A DNA stretch of 64,000 nucleotides from a virus. Below, piece after piece: positions 54,039 to 61,876 of this stretch. The stretch lies in IMG/VR virus record IMGVR_UViG_3300045996_001242, positions 1-64,000 of that record. The stretch is one strand, 5' to 3'. Each line of letters opens with the position of its first letter. The first letter of the stretch is position 1. A program made the translations under genes and the position numbers. Under the pieces are notes generated by a model. The model searched no databases, was not told where the DNA came from, and saw nothing but the letters and a program-made list of their open reading frames with translations.

Positions 54039-55403
54039 TTAGGGGAGGGCGAGCCCTCCGTATTTGGCGGCCAGGTCCCCATAGAGGAAGACCCGGGTGC
54101 GGGCCCGAGAGAACGCTACGTAGAGCATACGGGCGACCTGCTGGGGCTGGTGGCAGGTGCTGATGTTGCCGAGGTCGACGAACACCGTGTCGTAGGTCGA
54201 GCCCTGCGACTTATGCACCGTCGCCGCGTCTCGCGGGCGAAGGTCCGCGATGTTGTTCTTGAGGTAGAAGTACGGCGTCCATTGCTTGGTGCGGGAGTAG
54301 TACCGAACCAGATCGTCGAAGTGCTGACGATCGGTCATCACCGGGACCTCATAATAGGAGTTCCCCAGGGAGTCCTGGATGTCGACGTGGTCGATATCGA
54401 GGTAGACGTCGTGGGTCTTGTCGATGAGGATCTTGCTGGCGCCGCGGTTGCGGAGGACCTCGACCTCAGTCTCGATCGGGACCTGGCCCCGCTTGTGGTG
54501 GATGACTGAGCTCGTGACCAGGTATTCGCCCTTGGTGTAGCTATCCGGCAGCTGGCGGATCGAGCGGATGTGGTTGTTGTACTCGATCACCCGCTTGTTG
54601 GTGTAGGCGAGGATGCGGGCCGCATGCGTCTGCTTCCCGAACTGTGCCTGGATCTCGGCCTGCATCTGCGCTCCATCGAGCAGGTCGATGACGCCGGGAA
54701 CCACCTGGATCGGATTGAACTGGCCGGTCGCCACGGTGTCTCTCAGCTGCTGGCAGATGCCCATCAGTGCCGGCTGGCCGGCATTGCGGACGGGCTCGAG
54801 TAGCTCGACCATCGGCGAGTCGTGCTTGTAGACCGGCGACAGGTCCTCCTGGACGGGAGCCAGCTGATGGCGATCCCCGACATAGACGAGCTTGCAGTTG
54901 ATGGTGCCTTCGTGGAGCATCTTCCAGAGCTCGGTGTCGATCATCGAGCTCTCGTCGATGAAGATGATCTTGCCGTGGTGGACCATCCAGCGGTTGGTCT
55001 TCTTGACGATCGACTTGCCCGTCGAATAGTCGTCCTTGACCGTGAGGTTGAAGAACGAATGCACGGTCCCCGCCGGCCGGCTGACGCTCTGCGAGAGCAC
55101 CTCGGCCGCCTTGTTCGTGGTCGCTGTCATGACGACGCCATCGAACAGGGGGTGGATCCCGACCAGCGCGCACATCTCGTGGTAGCGCGGCATCGTGTTG
55201 TCGATGATGTAGTTCATCAGGTAGGTCTTGCCGACGCCGGCGGGCCCCGAGATGATGAATTCCTTGTCCTCGCTGAAGAGGAACTCCATGAAGGCGTCGG
55301 CGGCTGCCTTCTGCCCCTGGTTCAGATTGTACTGCTTGGGTGCCGGAGGAGCTGCGACGCCCGGGTAGGTCATCGCGATGGTGCTGGCGGTGGCGGAGGG
55401 CAT
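54039..55403 (-). CDS. SF1 (Dda/RecD-like) DNA helicase
   Basis: GPAGVGKT, FIDESSM, GDRHQLAPV, TVHKSQGSTY and YVAFSRA. Confidence 0.95.
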   Translation of the reverse strand: MPSATASTIAMTYPGVAAPPAPKQYNLNQGQKAAADAFMEFLFSEDKEFIISGPAGVGKTYLMNYIIDNTMPRYHEMCALVGIHPLFDGVVMTATTNKAAEVLSQSVSRPAGTVHSFFNLTVKDDYSTGKSIVKKTNRWMVHHGKIIFIDESSMIDTELWKMLHEGTINCKLVYVGDRHQLAPVQEDLSPVYKHDSPMVELLEPVRNAGQPALMGICQQLRDTVATGQFNPIQVVPGVIDLLDGAQMQAEIQAQFGKQTHAARILAYTNKRVIEYNNHIRSIRQLPDSYTKGEYLVTSSVIHHKRGQVPIETEVEVLRNRGASKILIDKTHDVYLDIDHVDIQDSLGNSYYEVPVMTDRQHFDDLVRYYSRTKQWTPYFYLKNNIADLRPRDAATVHKSQGSTYDTVFVDLGNISTCHQPQQVARMLYVAFSRARTRVFLYGDLAAKYGGLALP

Positions 55404-55435
55404 TAAAGGCTCACATTATCTTGTGGGTTGGTCCG

Positions 55436-55469
55436 AAAATGGAAAACCCCGGGGTTAACCGGGGCTTCC
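55436..55469 (-). terminator. Intrinsic terminator
   Basis: Minus strand GGAAGCCCCGG-TTAACC-CCGGGGTTTTCC-ATTTT. Confidence 0.6.
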
Positions 55470-55493
55470 TACTTGATCAGGATTTGTCTGGGC

Positions 55494-55679
55494 CTAGAGC
55501 GTGTCGTAGATCCTCTCGACGTCCTCACGGGCCATCTCGGGGTGCGACAGCATCATCTGCCCGATGACCCATGATCGCCTCTGAGCGTCGATCTCGGCCT
55601 TGGTCATCGGCGGCCTGTTCCGAACCTCGGCCAGCAATCGAGCCAGCTCGGGGTCCATTGGAATGGGCTCACTCAGCAT
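55494..55679 (-). CDS. Small hypothetical protein (61 aa)
   Basis: MTKAEIDAQRRSWV motif; overlaps the H-NS stop. Confidence 0.6.
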   Translation of the reverse strand: MLSEPIPMDPELARLLAEVRNRPPMTKAEIDAQRRSWVIGQMMLSHPEMAREDVERIYDTL

Positions 55680-56103
55680 CGGCGATCAGGAACTGCTCGC
55701 GGTCTTTGCCGCGGATCCAGACGGGCTCTTTGCCGCGGCCCGACCAGGTCGCCCCGCTGGCGGGATCCCGGTACTTCTGGATCGCCTTCTGGCCCTTGCG
55801 CTTGATCTTGAGACCGCCCAGGGCGTCGACGAGCTCGTCGATCGGGATGTCGTAGCTATGGACGACGCTCACGATCTGCTCGATGACGGCCCGCTTCTCG
55901 GCCTGCTGCTTCTCGAGGATCTTCCGCTGGATCTCGTCCTGCTGACGTTGCAGGTCCTCGAGGGTCATGTCAGAGGTCGGGTCGTCAGGCGCTTCCATCT
56001 GTACCTCCTTCATGTTGCTGGGGGTGGTGGTTGCCTCGTCGGCGTTGAAGACGAGGCGCTGCGTGCGGACGGCAGGTTCTTCACGAACTTCTTGCTCGGT
56101 CAT
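55669..56103 (-). CDS. hns: H-NS family nucleoid-associated/silencer protein
   Basis: N-terminal coiled coil plus KYRDPASGATWSGRGKEPVW (H-NS signature TWxGxGRxP); alternative strong start at 55998. Confidence 0.85.
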   Translation of the reverse strand: MTEQEVREEPAVRTQRLVFNADEATTTPSNMKEVQMEAPDDPTSDMTLEDLQRQQDEIQRKILEKQQAEKRAVIEQIVSVVHSYDIPIDELVDALGGLKIKRKGQKAIQKYRDPASGATWSGRGKEPVWIRGKDREQFLIADAE

Positions 56104-56221
56104 TTGTTGCTCCTGGCCTACGTGGCCGTGGCAGATAAGTCGGTTTCTGAGACGCACCCTTTTCGGGTTTCGATTTTGGAGTCAAGAGATATTCGAGATA
56201 TCTCTTAAACTTTCCTGAAAA

Positions 56222-56533
56222 TCAGGCCGTGACCCCCGCCGCCGTAGTTCGGTTCACGTATTCCTTGATCAACAGGGCACGGACAAAGTCCTTGACCGTG
56301 TAGCCTGGGCCGAGCTGCTGGATCAGCCACTCCTGCTGGGCAGGGGCCAGGGCTTCGAAGATGTCCTCCATGAAGGCTCGCCGGGTATCGATGGGGTCGA
56401 TCCGCAGTTCTTTCAGCCGGTTGGAAACGGTAGTCGGGTGGACGTTGAGGCGTTCACCAATGCCGGTCAACGACAGGCCTAGGTTGTTGAATTCGATGAT
56501 CTTTCTGTCATCGGCTTTGCGCTGGTAAGGCAT
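56222..56533 (-). CDS. HTH DNA-binding protein
   Basis: NNLGLSLTGIGERLNVHPTTVSNRL and DTRRAFMEDI, a type recalled from N4-like phages. Confidence 0.8.
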   Translation of the reverse strand: MPYQRKADDRKIIEFNNLGLSLTGIGERLNVHPTTVSNRLKELRIDPIDTRRAFMEDIFEALAPAQQEWLIQQLGPGYTVKDFVRALLIKEYVNRTTAAGVTA

Positions 56534-56615
56534 GGGTCGGGTTCCGTGATTATCCACCATTAACTCGGGGACCATTTTATTGATTATTGCACGGATTTTC
56601 AAGATACCCTTCTCA

Positions 56616-56786
56616 AGAAAAAGGACCCCCCGTTCACTGGCCAAGAGAACGGAGGATCCCACCAAATCCCCTCCCGGAAGAGGCGTCCGGCTCTGTGGAG
56701 TACCGTGTGCGATAGTGGGTTTCGCCTACGCCGCGGGGCGTCGCTGCGCATGCCCCGCTCTGACCACGTCACCAGAACTAACGGGA
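56616..56786 (-). ncRNA. Candidate stand-alone sRNA (~170 nt) with its own promoter and terminator
   Basis: Upstream CTTGACA...CCATTT; internal GCGGGGC/GCCCCGC stem; 13-bp terminator GGAUCCUCCGUUC/GAACGGGGGGUCC-UUUUU. Confidence 0.55.
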
Positions 56787-56896
56787 ACCCAAAATGGTTT
56801 CATTGCGTCTGTCAAGCGGTAACGTACGAAAAAATGCGTACAACCCCTTGATATTATTAGGAAAATCGCCACCGGATTATGACGATTCGGGTGTGT

Positions 56897-57136
56897 TTAT
56901 TTTTCGAGTTTCTCCCGGACGGTCAGCTCCAGGCCCAGGACATTGAGGCAGGCATCGAGGTTACCGATGGTCGGCTCGGTCCTGGTCCGCCAGTCCTTGA
57001 AGGTGTTTTTGTTGATGCCGGAGCGGTCTGCCATGTCGATCGGGCCGACCTGCTGGGCATTCATCTCGACGAAGAGCCGGCGAACCAGGGGATGCGTCGA
57101 GTCGGGGATCGAGACCGGGCGAAAGCGGCGGATCAT
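56897..57136 (-). CDS. XRE-family HTH regulator
   Basis: DMADRSGINKNTFKDWR..TEPTIGNLDACLNVLGLEL. Confidence 0.8.
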   Translation of the reverse strand: MIRRFRPVSIPDSTHPLVRRLFVEMNAQQVGPIDMADRSGINKNTFKDWRTRTEPTIGNLDACLNVLGLELTVREKLEK

Positions 57137-57357
57137 TGGTCGTCAGGATCCCCTGGTTCGATGACTGTGCCATCGTCGCGCAGGATCTCGTGATAGAGGA
57201 CCTCGACGCCCTGGCCGTCGCCGCAGAAGTCGTGAATCGGGTCCTGGGAGGCGTTCCACGTCTCGCGGGCCAGCTCCTCAGCCTTGTCGCCGTCTTCGGC
57301 TTCAACCTCGACTTGGTAACGGACGGTCTCGACCAGCATCACTAGGAATTTGGTCAT
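57133..57357 (-). CDS. Hypothetical protein (74 aa)
   Basis: YQVEVEAEDGDKAEELA motif; coupled gene. Confidence 0.65.
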   Translation of the reverse strand: MTKFLVMLVETVRYQVEVEAEDGDKAEELARETWNASQDPIHDFCGDGQGVEVLYHEILRDDGTVIEPGDPDDQ

Positions 57358-57359
57358 CG

Positions 57360-57569
57360 TCAGAACCCCAGGATCCGCATGAACCACATCTCGATGCCCT
57401 TGCCGTTGGCCTTGCGGAACTTCTCCGCGCGGGCATGGCCCTGCTCTTTGATCACGAGCTTCTTGGGCGCTCTCAGGATGTGGGTGAGCTCGCCATCGAG
57501 GTAGACGTGGACATGTCCCTCGTCGCGGATGTCGATCTCGACGAGGCCGGCGGTAATTTCAGTGGTCAT
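57360..57569 (-). CDS. Hypothetical protein (69 aa)
   Basis: Coupled ATGA start. Confidence 0.6.
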   Translation of the reverse strand: MTTEITAGLVEIDIRDEGHVHVYLDGELTHILRAPKKLVIKEQGHARAEKFRKANGKGIEMWFMRILGF

Positions 57570-57880
57570 TGGCTATTGGTCCATTCTTCGATTTCAGTGA
57601 CCTGGGCGATCGTCAGCCCGCCATGCTTGGCGATGATGTCGATGGCTTCCCAGACTGGTTCCTCAGCGCGGTTGCGCTTGCGCTCGGGGCGGCTGCGTTC
57701 GTAGGCGTCCCAGCACTTTTCGTTGAGCTCGTCGGCGCAGGCTTTGGCGTCCGACTGCCTGGCGAATTTGACGGGCCACCTGGGGGCGGCCGGATCCTTG
57801 AAGACGTGCAGGAACGTCTCGCCGGCACGAAGGCAGAGCCGCCAGGTGCCGTCGTCGTGTTGTCGATTGGAGAAGGCCAT
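57566..57880 (-). CDS. Hypothetical protein (104 aa)
   Basis: Start MAFSNRQH coupled to the upstream stop. Confidence 0.6.
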   Translation of the reverse strand: MAFSNRQHDDGTWRLCLRAGETFLHVFKDPAAPRWPVKFARQSDAKACADELNEKCWDAYERSRPERKRNRAEEPVWEAIDIIAKHGGLTIAQVTEIEEWTNSQ

Positions 57881-58002
57881 CAGGGCAACAAGCTCCAGAA
57901 CAGGGCCCCGACTAGGAGCACGGCGCCCAGGGCTATGAAGCCGGCCCACAGGTAGAGCGGCCACATCGATTGAGCGGTGAGGCAGGCAGCGTCGCAGAGC
58001 AT
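57880..58002 (-). CDS. Small membrane peptide (40 aa), not in the ORF track
   Basis: MLCDAACLTAQSMWPLYLWAGFIALGAVLLVGALFWSLLP; AAGGA RBS. Confidence 0.55.
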   Translation of the reverse strand: MLCDAACLTAQSMWPLYLWAGFIALGAVLLVGALFWSLLP

Positions 58003-58142
58003 AGTGAGTCCTTCAGGAGAGGAAGTTCCAGACCAGCTGGGCGCCATAGACGATCCCAGTCGCGGTCTCGATCATGGCGATCGCGATCACGCCGCCGGCG
58101 ATCGCGCAGAACAGGGTGAACCCTGCGATCTCGAGGGAGCGC

Positions 58143-58415
58143 CTAAGCCGCATCCGGTAGCTCCAGCGGGATGATCTCCAGCGTCGTCCGCGGGAAGTTC
58201 TGCGTGACCCGAATCGTGAACGGCATGCCGCCGGGGTAGTCGTTCTGCCATTCCATGAGCATGGTCTCTATGTTGCTCAGGATCTCGGGCACACGGGCCT
58301 CGTTGTGGAACTCCCTCGAGAGCGGGCCGAGGTTGAGGCGGGCTTGCTTCCGCCTCTCGTATGGGTCGACGTAGCCGGCCTCCTTGGCGAGTGCCAAATC
58401 CTCGTTGAAGCTCAT
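58143..58415 (-). CDS. Hypothetical protein (90 aa)
   Basis: AGGAG RBS; start coupled to the GcrA stop. Confidence 0.65.
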   Translation of the reverse strand: MSFNEDLALAKEAGYVDPYERRKQARLNLGPLSREFHNEARVPEILSNIETMLMEWQNDYPGGMPFTIRVTQNFPRTTLEIIPLELPDAA

Positions 58416-59008
58416 CGACTGGTTCTCCTTGTCTGGAATAGGCGGCCCCGATGGTTGGGGCAGTAGCGTGGGTGGCCTTCGGTCCCGTGGCCGCAGAAGA
58501 GGTGCCGTTCCCCTGGAGCTGGTTCGTTGATGCCCCAGTGGCACTGGTTGGGGCCGAGCTCCCAGAGTGCGAGCTTGAGCGCCGTCCGGTCATAGGCGAG
58601 GTTGACCTCGGCGACCGGCACCTTGGCCGGCTGCTGGACCTCGCCCCGCACGTAGTTGAGCTTCTTGCGCTTGCGCTTCTCGAGGCGCGGAGCGTGCTGG
58701 CGAGGCAGCTTGTTGCCGTGCTCGTCTCGCAGCTGGCGCTGACCGGGCACACCACCTCCGCCCAGCGGATAGCTGATCCTGAGCTCGGGAACGCGGGTGT
58801 AGAAGCCCATGATCGAGTTGCGGGTCACCTGCGAGCCGGTGAGCTTGGTGAGGGTGACCGCAAGGGTCTTGGCGGAACAATTCTCGTTCCAGTTTTCGGT
58901 GATGAGCGCGACGCGATCTTCGCGGCTCAGGTCTGGCCAATGCAACATCTGGTCATTCGATTTCTGGAGTGGGGGAGGCCCGGCAGAAACCGCCGGGTGG
59001 TTGATCAT
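58412..59008 (-). CDS. gcrA: GcrA-like cell-cycle transcription factor
   Basis: N-terminal EDRVAL..ENW..CSA...VTRNSIMG HTH and C-terminal LWELGPNQCHWGI...FCG...YCPNH match the two GcrA domains. Confidence 0.85.
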   Translation of the reverse strand: MINHPAVSAGPPPLQKSNDQMLHWPDLSREDRVALITENWNENCSAKTLAVTLTKLTGSQVTRNSIMGFYTRVPELRISYPLGGGGVPGQRQLRDEHGNKLPRQHAPRLEKRKRKKLNYVRGEVQQPAKVPVAEVNLAYDRTALKLALWELGPNQCHWGINEPAPGERHLFCGHGTEGHPRYCPNHRGRLFQTRRTSR

Positions 59009-60219
59009 TCGTGTAGGTGGACGATGGTCCCGTGCGGCACTTCGGCCTTCCGGTTATTGAGGGCGACCCAGATGATCGGGACGTGCGCCAGGTCCGCGGG
59101 AAGCGGGTGCATGGGATCGCACTGCAGGTCCGAGAAGATGACGACAGCGGTCGGCTTGTGCTCGATGATGTGCTCGCGCACGCAGACCAGCGAGGTGCCG
59201 CCGCGGCCGACGATCTTCACCTCGTCGACTTCGTCCTCCTCGAGGAAGACGTCTTCCTTCTGGATCTGCTCGTCGAACTGGACCATCGTCATCTTCTTCG
59301 GCTTGAAGTAGTCGTGGACGTACTTGAATTCCGAGTTGAATCTGATGGCGTCGCCGTCCGAGATCGAGCCGGAGACGTCCTCATAGTAGATGACGTGGTC
59401 GAGGCCGTTGTACTCTTCCATGAGGTCCGGCAGGTACATGTCCTGGTAGCGCCGGTTGGGGCGGGCCCAGCTGTAGTCGTGGCCGCCCAGCTCGTTGAAG
59501 AACTGGAAGAGCGCCTTGTCCCAGTCGATCTTGGGAGCAAGGAAGCGCTTCAGCGTCGTCTCGATCTCTCCGGGGATGCTGCCGCCGGCGAGCTGTGCCT
59601 GGTGGGCGGCCGAGATGACGTTGTTGAGGACCTGATGCTGCAGCGCGGCTGCGACGTCGACCTCATCTGGCTCCACGAGGTCGCCGACAAGATCGCCGAG
59701 TCCGGTCTCCGGGTTGGTCAGCCAGGGAGTTGACCAGGGCATGGCGGGGGCATTGCCCTGGCCTTGGGCCTGGTGTTTGGCGATGAGCTCGTCGCGGATC
59801 CTGACGATGTCGTCATAGACGTCCTCGGTGACCCAGCCCTCGTAGTCGAAGTTGAACCAGGGCTTGAAGCCTTTGAAGCTCTTGCCCTCGCGGATCAGTG
59901 TGTTGTTGATCAGGATGTCGGCCGCGTAGTTCCAGATCTCATGCTCCCTGGATCCACAGCGCAGCATGTCAAGCCGCGCTGGGTGCCAGAGCTCATGGAG
60001 GAGGATGGTCTCGCGGACCTCCGGCAGCAGCGAGAGGAAGAACCGAGGGTTCCACCAGAGCGTCACGCCGTTGGTGCAGGCCGTCTGTATGTCCTCGACC
60101 CAGGAGAAGTTCATCGAGCACATCAGCGGGCCGAGGAAGGCGGCGTTGCTGTTGAGGAACACCTTGGTCTTGGTGCGGTCGAACTCACGTTCGAGCAGCG
60201 TGTAGTCGATCTCGGTCAT
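59005..60219 (-). CDS. vWA/metallopeptidase-like protein (N4 gp25-like)
   Basis: TACTNG, LHELWH, WNYAADILIN, MIDAS DVSGS and GRGGT. Confidence 0.9.
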   Translation of the reverse strand: MTEIDYTLLEREFDRTKTKVFLNSNAAFLGPLMCSMNFSWVEDIQTACTNGVTLWWNPRFFLSLLPEVRETILLHELWHPARLDMLRCGSREHEIWNYAADILINNTLIREGKSFKGFKPWFNFDYEGWVTEDVYDDIVRIRDELIAKHQAQGQGNAPAMPWSTPWLTNPETGLGDLVGDLVEPDEVDVAAALQHQVLNNVISAAHQAQLAGGSIPGEIETTLKRFLAPKIDWDKALFQFFNELGGHDYSWARPNRRYQDMYLPDLMEEYNGLDHVIYYEDVSGSISDGDAIRFNSEFKYVHDYFKPKKMTMVQFDEQIQKEDVFLEEDEVDEVKIVGRGGTSLVCVREHIIEHKPTAVVIFSDLQCDPMHPLPADLAHVPIIWVALNNRKAEVPHGTIVHLHE

Positions 60220-61658
60220 TTCCTGTCCTTCTTCTTGAGCCAGGGCTTATGACCCTCGCCCGCCATGATGGTGCCGGCCGGGATGACCTCGTCGACGATG
60301 GTGGCGAGATCGAACTTCGTGATCTGGCGACGCACCTCATCGGGCCGCTTGTAGGCACTGGGCAGCTCCGAGATGTCGGGCTTGCCGCAGTAGAAGCGGA
60401 CGTCGAGGCCCTGCGTCTCACGGTCGATGATCGTCTGCAGGTCTCGTGGCGAGATCCCTCGTGCGTCGGACGGGAACTCCTCGAGCAGGCGCTTCATGTG
60501 CGCGGTGCGCGAGAGGTTCCTGCCGGCGCCGTGTGGTGCGAAGCCCAGACCGTCGATCGGTCGGCGATCGTTCGGCATGGTGATCAGGATCGGCTGCCCC
60601 ATGTTCAGTGGGATCAGCATCTGCCCGCAATCGTCATTGGCGTAGCCGTAGTAGGACGGCGTCGAGCCCTTGGCATGATAGAAGAGCCCGTCGGCCCGTC
60701 TGAAGACGAAGTTGTGCTCGTTCCAGAAGCGGCCGACGATGGCGTTGCCAAGTCGCTGCTGCATGGCGTCGTGGATCGCGTAGTGGTTGAGCTTGGTCCA
60801 CTCGCGGACCAGCTGCAGGGCTTCCCAGTAGTCGTGGCCTTCCTGCGAGTTGGCATCGATCCAGGCTGCTGCCTTGGGCGTCCGTGGCGAGACGATCGAG
60901 GTGTGCTTCTCGGCCACAGCTTTACCACGGCGATAGACCTCGGCGCCGAAGCCTCGAGATCCATGGTGGGTGACGATCGCCAGCTGTCCGGTCGACTTGA
61001 GGTGGCCCACGAAAAAGAAGTGGTTGCCATCGCCCTGGGTCATAAATTGGCCAATGGCACGGTCCTCGAGCCCGGCAGTGAAGCGGTTTTCTGGCAGGCG
61101 GTCGATCAGCCCGGCGAACTGGGTGTCCCGGCCGTAGGCGGCCAACTGCTGCCGCGGCTGGTTGCCGAAGTGCGTCGTCTGCATGGCGACGTCGAGGACC
61201 CGGCTGACGTCCATGTCCCGCTTGAAGACGGTGATGGCCATCGAGCAGCAGGCGTCCTCGGAGTGGAAGCCCGGATGGATCGCGTCTTTGGTTGCAACCA
61301 CACCACCAACCGGGATGACGCCGGCAGCCGGACAGGCATCCGGCATGACGGCGGCGTGCATCACGGTGGGGGTGCGGACGAGCTCGTCCATCTGCCGGAC
61401 GACGCCGGCGTAGTTGACCACCTCGTCGTCGGTCTCGGCCTCGAGGAAGATGCCGAAGGGGATCGAGTTGGTGCGCAGCTGCAGCGCAGGGTCGAGTTCA
61501 GGCTCGCGAGGCTTGTAGTTGTTGGAGATGAACTCGCGGATCTCGTCGAGGGGGTACTTCCCCAAGACAGTGTTGCCGAATTCGATCGCCTCTTTGAACC
61601 AGGGGCCAGGCTTGAAGCCCCAGGCGATGAGCGTCTCGCCGGTGATCTTATCGGTCAT
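60216..61658 (-). CDS. rtcB: RtcB-family RNA ligase
   Basis: VMPDAC, IPVGG, DACCSM, GDGNHF, HHGSRG, EHN, HAKG, IPLNM, PHGAGR and ELPSAYK; start MTDKITG with GAGGA RBS. Confidence 0.9.
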   Translation of the reverse strand: MTDKITGETLIAWGFKPGPWFKEAIEFGNTVLGKYPLDEIREFISNNYKPREPELDPALQLRTNSIPFGIFLEAETDDEVVNYAGVVRQMDELVRTPTVMHAAVMPDACPAAGVIPVGGVVATKDAIHPGFHSEDACCSMAITVFKRDMDVSRVLDVAMQTTHFGNQPRQQLAAYGRDTQFAGLIDRLPENRFTAGLEDRAIGQFMTQGDGNHFFFVGHLKSTGQLAIVTHHGSRGFGAEVYRRGKAVAEKHTSIVSPRTPKAAAWIDANSQEGHDYWEALQLVREWTKLNHYAIHDAMQQRLGNAIVGRFWNEHNFVFRRADGLFYHAKGSTPSYYGYANDDCGQMLIPLNMGQPILITMPNDRRPIDGLGFAPHGAGRNLSRTAHMKRLLEEFPSDARGISPRDLQTIIDRETQGLDVRFYCGKPDISELPSAYKRPDEVRRQITKFDLATIVDEVIPAGTIMAGEGHKPWLKKKDRK

Positions 61659-61876
61659 TGGGTTTCCTCTTTGATGACGGCCTCGACCTTGGCGATGGCA
61701 GCCTCGAGCGTGTCGAAGGTGCCCATCTGCGGGTTCACGGGCAGCCCAGCGTGATCGTTGACGATGAACCGTCCGTGGTAGACCTGGATGCTCAGGTGCG
61801 GGTGTTCGACGCACTGGTAGGTATCGTCGACCGAGTCATCCTCGGCGGGGGTGAAGACGTAGGTCGGCCGACTCAT
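61655..61876 (-). CDS. Hypothetical protein (73 aa)
   Basis: GTFDTLEAAIA motif; coupled at both ends. Confidence 0.65.
   Translation of the reverse strand: MSRPTYVFTPAEDDSVDDTYQCVEHPHLSIQVYHGRFIVNDHAGLPVNPQMGTFDTLEAAIAKVEAVIKEETQ

Noticed and set aside
56534-56665. N-terminal extension of the HTH ORF given in the ORF track
   Set aside because: It runs through a terminator and an AT-rich promoter-like zone; ATG 56533 is the more plausible start.
56897-57136. Lysogeny repressor / prophage context
   Set aside because: No integrase, att site or host flanking genes; the XRE gene lies within a coupled middle operon.
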